From positions 1 through 64,000 of the forward strand of contig LVLI01000195.1 in assembly GCA_001687465.1 (NCBI GenBank): a DNA stretch of 64,000 nt. The letters are read 5' to 3'. This document shows, piece by piece, positions 60,801 to 64,000 of the stretch. The DNA comes from Halocafeteria seosinensis (taxonomy: Eukaryota). The translations under genes were made by a program, and so were the position numbers. The notes beneath the pieces were generated by a model that did not search any database, was not told the origin of the DNA, and worked only from the letters and a program-made list of their open reading frames with translations. Numbering within the stretch: position 1 is the stretch's first letter; the number at the start of each line of letters is the position of its first letter.

Positions 60801-63800
60801 CGAAACCGCAACTTGCGGCGTTGAAAAAGCTGAAGGGAGATAAGAAAAACGCTACGCACACTCTTCAGTGTATCTACACTATTCTGATTTGCGATGAGAG
60901 CAAGCTTGGCGATGCTGTGGAGGAAAAGAGCTTATACGCTGCAACTTGCAAAGCTGAAACACCGAAGAAGATGAAGCTCATTGATTTAGCGGATATTAGT
61001 TCTCAAAGGCTCTCAGCTCTTGAGTCCATTCAAGGTACGGAGCCCACGGATACTTTAGTAGAAACAGCTGAAGACGAGACGATAAAAAATATACTCTCCT
61101 GGGTGGAGCTGGTCAAATTAGGGACCAAATCTGCCAGAGAAAAGCACTCCGCGGAGGAAAGTTTTACACAACTATCCAACACTCAAGACGAGCAAGCAAA
61201 GGCGCTGAGCAGCACCAAAGCAAAACTTGCGTCGGTTTCCGACGATGCGGAGAGTTTACGGAAGCACAATGAGGAACTCGATGCGAGTCTCACTGCCACC
61301 AAACGAGATAGTTCTGAAGCCTTGAAGCGTTCAGCGTTATATTCTGATATATCGGAGAAGATTGCCGGAGTTAAAGCAGAGTGGGAGAAATTTATTGATA
61401 TCACCAAGTGCGTTGCCGAGTCCACTGAACGTGTTGCTGTTTGTCTTTCGCTGTTTCTCACTCAGAATACTCCTTGGGAAGACTGTTGTGCTCTCATTTT
61501 TACAGAGGACGAGAACAGGCCACCTCCAACGTTTCTGGAAGAAAGCCTCTACCTCATCTGGGACTCTTGTGGGACAATGTATTCTCGTTACATTGTCGAC
61601 ATGAGTGAAACACTTCTTAGAGTCTTCCTATCATCTGCTATAGGGTTGACGCCGTTCATGCAGGGGATCGACTCTACCACGCTTGGAGAATTTCGAGCAA
61701 TATTAACCGACGCGTCAGTGATTCATTTTAGTGAAGGCCAGCCAACAGAACCTGTCAAGTTATCGCTTTCAAAGACGGGGACAGTCCTAGTGATTGATTT
61801 AGATGAAGAATCTTCGCTGAGAAACTTTTCTCCTCTGCTGAAGGCCTTGCAGGAAGAGAAGGCGACGTACCCAGACGGAAGCGCCGTCCGCGTCCATCAA
61901 GGCGTTCAATTTGTGTTCGCGTGCTTTGGCAGCGCAAAATGTGACTATGAAGATCCTCGATTGCATGCAGTGCAAAATGTTTCAACGAGCTATGACTTCT
62001 CCAAAGATGTTGTCCGAACCTGTTCTCAACATGCTCATCTTCAACGCAAGAAGACTCAAACCCAGCTGCAATCCCAGGTGCGGGAGTACCTTACGCGTGA
62101 AGCTGCATTCATTGAGTGCATGGTTGATGATTTTGCAAACCTTTCAGTACCTGCACTCGATCGCATCTTTGAAAAGCTTGTGCGCTTCGCGGAAGTGGCA
62201 ACGGAGGTTAACCAGCTCAAAGAATTGACGGATCGCCAGAGGACTTCAGTGAAGAGGTATACTCCTATCGCAGACAAGCTGCGGCTGCTCCACGGCTGCA
62301 TGAACTGGATCAACACTACACTCTCCTCGCCCTTATTTGAAGTTAGTCACCTGATTGATGTACTGCAAAGGGTGACTAAGGAGAAGCAGAAGGCTGGTGT
62401 CGAGCTTCGCGAGCTCCTCCTATCTATGGTTGGAGATGTGACTGCTGAAATATGGAAGACACTTAGAATGAGCCTGCAGCACAAAGATCGTATTTTGTGG
62501 GACACTCGCGTGATCGTTTCCCTGGCTCAAGATGAGGGTGTGATTAATGACGACGACACAAAGGGAATTTTGAGCCTCCTACAGCCTAACAACGGTAGGA
62601 TTCATCAGTGTCCCTTCCTGGCGAAGATTGAGGGGAAATTCGAGACTCTAAGCTACCCTGATGATAGTATATCCTTGAGGGAATTGACGGACCTGCTCAG
62701 GCAGCATTTTTCTGAAGAAAGTGACTCTCTGATCACCCAAGCGTTGAAGAGTGTCACCGCGTCACTCCTGCAAACTCGATGGGACTCGCACAATATTGTC
62801 CTTGCATGCCTTGAGCAATACTTTGGTGTGCTCGCATTTACTACGTCTAGGTTCCTCAGCACATGTGCTTCGAATAACTTTCCCGTTTTACTGAATACTG
62901 ATGGTTATCCTTCTGATGTTGCAATCAGAACCCTTGTAAGCCAGGTTGTGTCAAACGGAGAACACCCGGTGGTTCATTATAGACATTGGAAGGAATGGAT
63001 TCGATCCACAGATAAGTTAGCAGAGGCCCATAAAAGCCAGTGGATACTCGTAACGGGGGTAGATTCACGAGATGAGTTGGCAGCCTTATTCCCTGTTTTC
63101 GAAAGCATGAGGAAAGAACGAACTCACGAGAATTTTCGGCTGATACTTTCTTGTGTGGATTTTAGCGGCATAACTACGTGGGCATTGCAGCAGACCACGG
63201 TGTGTCACGGCTGCGTTGAAACCGACTATGGAGGCTACAGGAGTCACTGCGAAGTAGCTTTGTCCTATGAAGACGGGAGTCTAACGAAGCCAATGTGGGC
63301 AACGGCTGGCGCAATGACGCTGTTCAACTTGGCCAAAAACTGCTTTGGGGTCTCTAAGGACCAGTCAACTGGAAGGATCAAGACATGTACTCTTGACATC
63401 CAAAGCGTGTGGGACAAAGTCATCAGTGGCCAGGAACAGTGCCCCGCTTCCATTGTGAGCAGTTTTGCTAAACAACATTTAACTTGCATGGAAGATATCA
63501 ATGACTCGGCCATTCTTGATCTGATAGTGGACTGCTGGGTAAATGAGGCGCTAGCAGCAGAGGAAATGCCTAACGATCCGACCATCTTTATAAAGCTAGC
63601 AAACATACAAAAGCGAACCAGTGACCTCGTAAGGATGCAGGAATCCGTAGTGGCGCAAGAGCTGCAAACTACGTTTAATTTGTATTGCCAATCGGTCCAA
63701 GTCTTGAGAAAGTCAAACAACCTGCCATCAGACTTCACGAAAACGCCATTGGGATATTTAATGGCCGAACGTGTTATCCGCACTATGCGCAACATCATTT

Positions 63801-64000
63801 TTGAAGCATCCTTCCAGCGAGCATGTCAAGATAACCTTGTTCCAAGTACCCCCACGAATGATTGCGCATTTATTCCCCAGTGGTTTCGCTCGTCAAGTCT
63901 CTCTTCTAGAGAGCTCCACGTACTTCGTGAAGCTACCAACTCGATGGTGCGTACATATAAGCAAGAAGCAGTAGCGTTTCAGTCGAACCTGCTTGCGTGT
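51890..64000 (+). CDS. Highly divergent dynein heavy chain-like protein (DNAH1-type tail), 3' end beyond the window
   Basis: Frame starting at ATG 51890 is open wherever I translated it and at the window end. Motifs: IPFSMFDD..WEWKLVHVLSFD..RLDICFLRED (inner-arm tail), SPKMREHHWELL, PRLGFLTKDDII, SKCFYGISRL, INPITDRC, GETLGGKT, stalk coiled coil plus MTBD-like segment at about 60500-61400. Confidence 0.85.
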   Translation, partial: MMHRSGSREGKSAEGAYKSPHKDKSTLKETALEATNTSPLSVDVPRTLAPTLTVDEMKERLNPHPSTAIEMKKGREVTMSHTGVPLTFSTANQYLRPSQTVKFPRKGPYRDPLLVNGIRPWEGGPSRKGAYMPQLHRLGSPTGPQAEESNESLADSETKSMSSEEDESISPKLTVVAALGKVEPLLAEYPQIVQALQKIRLPERDPSFIRIDESKIPFSMFDDDSFETMKDPREIIPEELARSPLYKDHRWEWKLVHVLSFDKENQRYMVRFSGSSKIKKVGRLDICFLREDTKNFQRRLLMALYNREKFKLELRKRYLVATHPALSSEAISTNTMFRVLMRVYSASFARSSALNQITGSLRAKKSAMEAFNWFNPLLPASTKVFFTSELKHTLMEQEFEDFLHSLLDNISSKDDTGFRKTNLNFLDSISSACARAVLRHFRTVKIKNLPEDVSDASEKRKSIEQLFFRNVLDSLCLASDAIRNSLEEVMSDYEEAGKTAALHSVLRGLGPRGGTLAAEARQLNMQVPVPTRVSPFFGKIQIRSGQFHRSQVKAANSIRFGDKSVVRCLSQLSLNWTRHDNCSLFAYKPPLAPCCGAPEIWRVRRIRQSTQQTSKLKGQLSVLNISSLLRLGGTDHPDGVSSHRRSDAVFSVVDFPLSLEDFMLLQEEHMKKVTKCVLEEATKDTANTIIDNVAASRYDFYINNAVDFLDSDAHRLLTLIDCFRRAHLHAIWTRSLSNFTSLFQHYADAYPEEPRKPGAFDHLDPMLSVNFSLNSSGKKQWQQLYANGWISSCDIVARRAELDPESGVFVFKMSPNTNDVSNGPFVHITNSPTEILRKILRLMDDIRSEVADCSSIPCLCLAISSVCDNTKLVPLQDDREASSAHWHKPWSKTRRLISSLVQKLLNPTIDVCKDLQNMCWIFSVDGEKVFDEVSEQHGALPVEHIFSLVRQLEDLKAQIRSMGSGVRELGFIHLEFGSVISQLLEEVTTVERTLLDRLADKARKNAEEVHGQYDSIIAQLNVLPQSEEELSNQRDYIKRLPDLLDSIYSQSESLRTFVSVAEGFQYKLKPPDFELFWTLLSRPGDVFEARGACEFALSQEKAKMISNLEKEKQQFVKDLKRVEERVETFGRSADPKKIITIVDEANQIDYQLRTLSEKAAGFANREQHLGFGVVTYTLLNSLNEEFESTFRAWTTLAEFQSKSQQWMNGPLEEIDFPDLRKETEEARTLAESLIKTQEDITESTRVAAKELKDATEIYVQLVPLLEKLLSPKMREHHWELLREKTKLNFLGTADSTLSQLVNGHVLQKREKVSDVFDLATVESQLRETYDIITEHWEQREYPLESPANLECPILGDCSELLATIEEHLVTLQNLLCSPHAHRLVDGCLRLQRTLKGVQCLVPFFLEVQELWEYCSEIVGNRYLMQQLPNAKKLFKSSDKSFRSTLADITDNPLAVNIVEKENLSNILRESKVQLLKVKDAVLEELADSQKHSPRLGFLTKDDIISFYYSVNYPKEWEQFVSKCFYGISRLHLRPTKNSQENSYVDGVGTAHESLGWMVLDEAIPAEMFVHNVGEFLHELDRCSRRSLLSLTFCAVKRFNNNEFIPWIDRCAVQPCLLALNIVLSEIIGQTVDGGRRQDTSYEELQSLREHAIHALQSEGSRRGRRIKMQFILLTIGKYLEILKLEHGQQPTWTLTPKYLLREGSEGSDPLLTLTAAGVTIKHGLSILDSYDSLHINPITDRCLLALLPCFQRNQLSCLVDNNAGTVSKGLQDAACLCGYEPWLLNASSIARGIRPQQWMKAALSTSSWAVACLDSIEEKRVWKCVSLAYECFRMKLNERETTEKLKYIAVPQLFFLSSSISRDSLAAHIPSTFRTVSIVIPSCQQIVTRMLCCAGSPCPSRMERLLRQFAEFVHSLNSGIFKNVEGLIYFLLDRVLEKCCVWDWDAFYSTLHRICSRVFSEAPLPLANGTFDTTRSSKQLTLEIEKILGAKGCISTDPTTELVSRVYKSFQEDQTAIIYGETLGGKTTVFNAALELYRETSSLKVASMRLKYLGWDHPSMSIGAVYSFIRKRTQSCGDDYEWVIKIDCCEVAQGMVDTILQEVFCTKLKNTRLCIEAASIRNLSPATLTAGSLTFFDASHFSWNDVLQLHLENTGVDARYHKKVTTAVGSVLPVLCMGVNRFPNFASFVSMEQLMVLWLPLFTHVQTLHAGSTTNLSKSKWFEGVCLFSLLEVSVPLIEPSQRATVLNALETLCRGQEMTLFGAEDFRNNQRAGTNEDTLQQSGHGLKSSFCPMSDMAKSVTLENSIFDYSSGKWSQIQSVPSEASLISGCIFVPSNIQVSAATYAAKITKTGTHACIIGDGGVTLPFGRWYHGHYESHSPFITMNSLMQPQELCTMLTSSHKRLHKYCFVADEKKPISVVVEDLHLGKSRGLRELLRGVLEDCVIPEVESDESLLFASIEGFRMVATIESRNIESLSLSFLHQFSLLFLRDKSDECHVETIFNSLKGLLCTFDLDEKEIAGYTKTLVGVLQISKELPAWFGNNSFCHLLRIMRSLSKNCEKNTRGLNEVIAVTTSKYISSWTAFGTQFETKGDEILRLPESRHSGKGALDTVAQVNEELLERYKDSNAGEKWGILDDGHSVSPEQECQGDYGCKQFLRPSKWVTRICTAISRIMDEYSCDVVIRSAPERLWQTITSCLARRDNLSQVIVGETSDIAAEVERVKSTLEMGATVLVSFSIANNEDMSLFEVFRHAMCMANWKSGKDSDVPSNLHVVAFETWPSENTVAACRSLSRTPIVYDALPTMEERNEALTEYLGEYLPTKSVLHAMNGIFARFTESFASQYSQVCSLATGYKLSIQMLQSTVLPRRRILESILEQASRMDTMVSNQKSHAEDLKNQTNEVRKQMKATTEKIEYAETEVNELQEHIKKIEAELEEKEEEFRTKSEALATLKHEEQRATEAVRAAAAAITKPQLAALKKLKGDKKNATHTLQCIYTILICDESKLGDAVEEKSLYAATCKAETPKKMKLIDLADISSQRLSALESIQGTEPTDTLVETAEDETIKNILSWVELVKLGTKSAREKHSAEESFTQLSNTQDEQAKALSSTKAKLASVSDDAESLRKHNEELDASLTATKRDSSEALKRSALYSDISEKIAGVKAEWEKFIDITKCVAESTERVAVCLSLFLTQNTPWEDCCALIFTEDENRPPPTFLEESLYLIWDSCGTMYSRYIVDMSETLLRVFLSSAIGLTPFMQGIDSTTLGEFRAILTDASVIHFSEGQPTEPVKLSLSKTGTVLVIDLDEESSLRNFSPLLKALQEEKATYPDGSAVRVHQGVQFVFACFGSAKCDYEDPRLHAVQNVSTSYDFSKDVVRTCSQHAHLQRKKTQTQLQSQVREYLTREAAFIECMVDDFANLSVPALDRIFEKLVRFAEVATEVNQLKELTDRQRTSVKRYTPIADKLRLLHGCMNWINTTLSSPLFEVSHLIDVLQRVTKEKQKAGVELRELLLSMVGDVTAEIWKTLRMSLQHKDRILWDTRVIVSLAQDEGVINDDDTKGILSLLQPNNGRIHQCPFLAKIEGKFETLSYPDDSISLRELTDLLRQHFSEESDSLITQALKSVTASLLQTRWDSHNIVLACLEQYFGVLAFTTSRFLSTCASNNFPVLLNTDGYPSDVAIRTLVSQVVSNGEHPVVHYRHWKEWIRSTDKLAEAHKSQWILVTGVDSRDELAALFPVFESMRKERTHENFRLILSCVDFSGITTWALQQTTVCHGCVETDYGGYRSHCEVALSYEDGSLTKPMWATAGAMTLFNLAKNCFGVSKDQSTGRIKTCTLDIQSVWDKVISGQEQCPASIVSSFAKQHLTCMEDINDSAILDLIVDCWVNEALAAEEMPNDPTIFIKLANIQKRTSDLVRMQESVVAQELQTTFNLYCQSVQVLRKSNNLPSDFTKTPLGYLMAERVIRTMRNIIFEASFQRACQDNLVPSTPTNDCAFIPQWFRSSSLSSRELHVLREATNSMVRTYKQEAVAFQSNLLAC

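Noticed and set aside
52954..63974. Many short ORFs in the track
   Set aside because: Shadow or antisense ORFs of the single long dynein-like frame.

Overview
Gene-dense eukaryotic (protist-like) nuclear DNA with the standard genetic code and mostly short GT-AG introns (about 50-80 nt). It holds about 23 protein genes: FCF1, ZNHIT1/Vps71, uL13m, ZNF330, RlmN, AAR2, a SMYD-like protein, CELF, NADP-IDH, pyroglutamyl peptidase I, a SEN1-like helicase, MCM4, an ELL-like protein, RPS2, SF3A3, an EEP-family hydrolase and several unknowns. Main points of interest: (1) a single ~2200-aa ORF fusing a DENND4-like Rab-GEF module, a split PDZ and an intact kinesin-14-type motor; (2) a >4000-codon dynein-heavy-chain-like ORF, missing from the ORF track because it runs off the window, whose AAA1 Walker A/B motifs are destroyed; (3) a PINK1-like kinase with a C-terminal membrane anchor; (4) a cluster of intronic snoRNAs in the ZNHIT1-FCF1 region; (5) a tandem duplication with reciprocal decay that split a head-to-head gene pair, with an inverted-repeat element in between; (6) several unexplained structured non-coding segments. 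All calls come from reading motifs by eye; no database searches were run.
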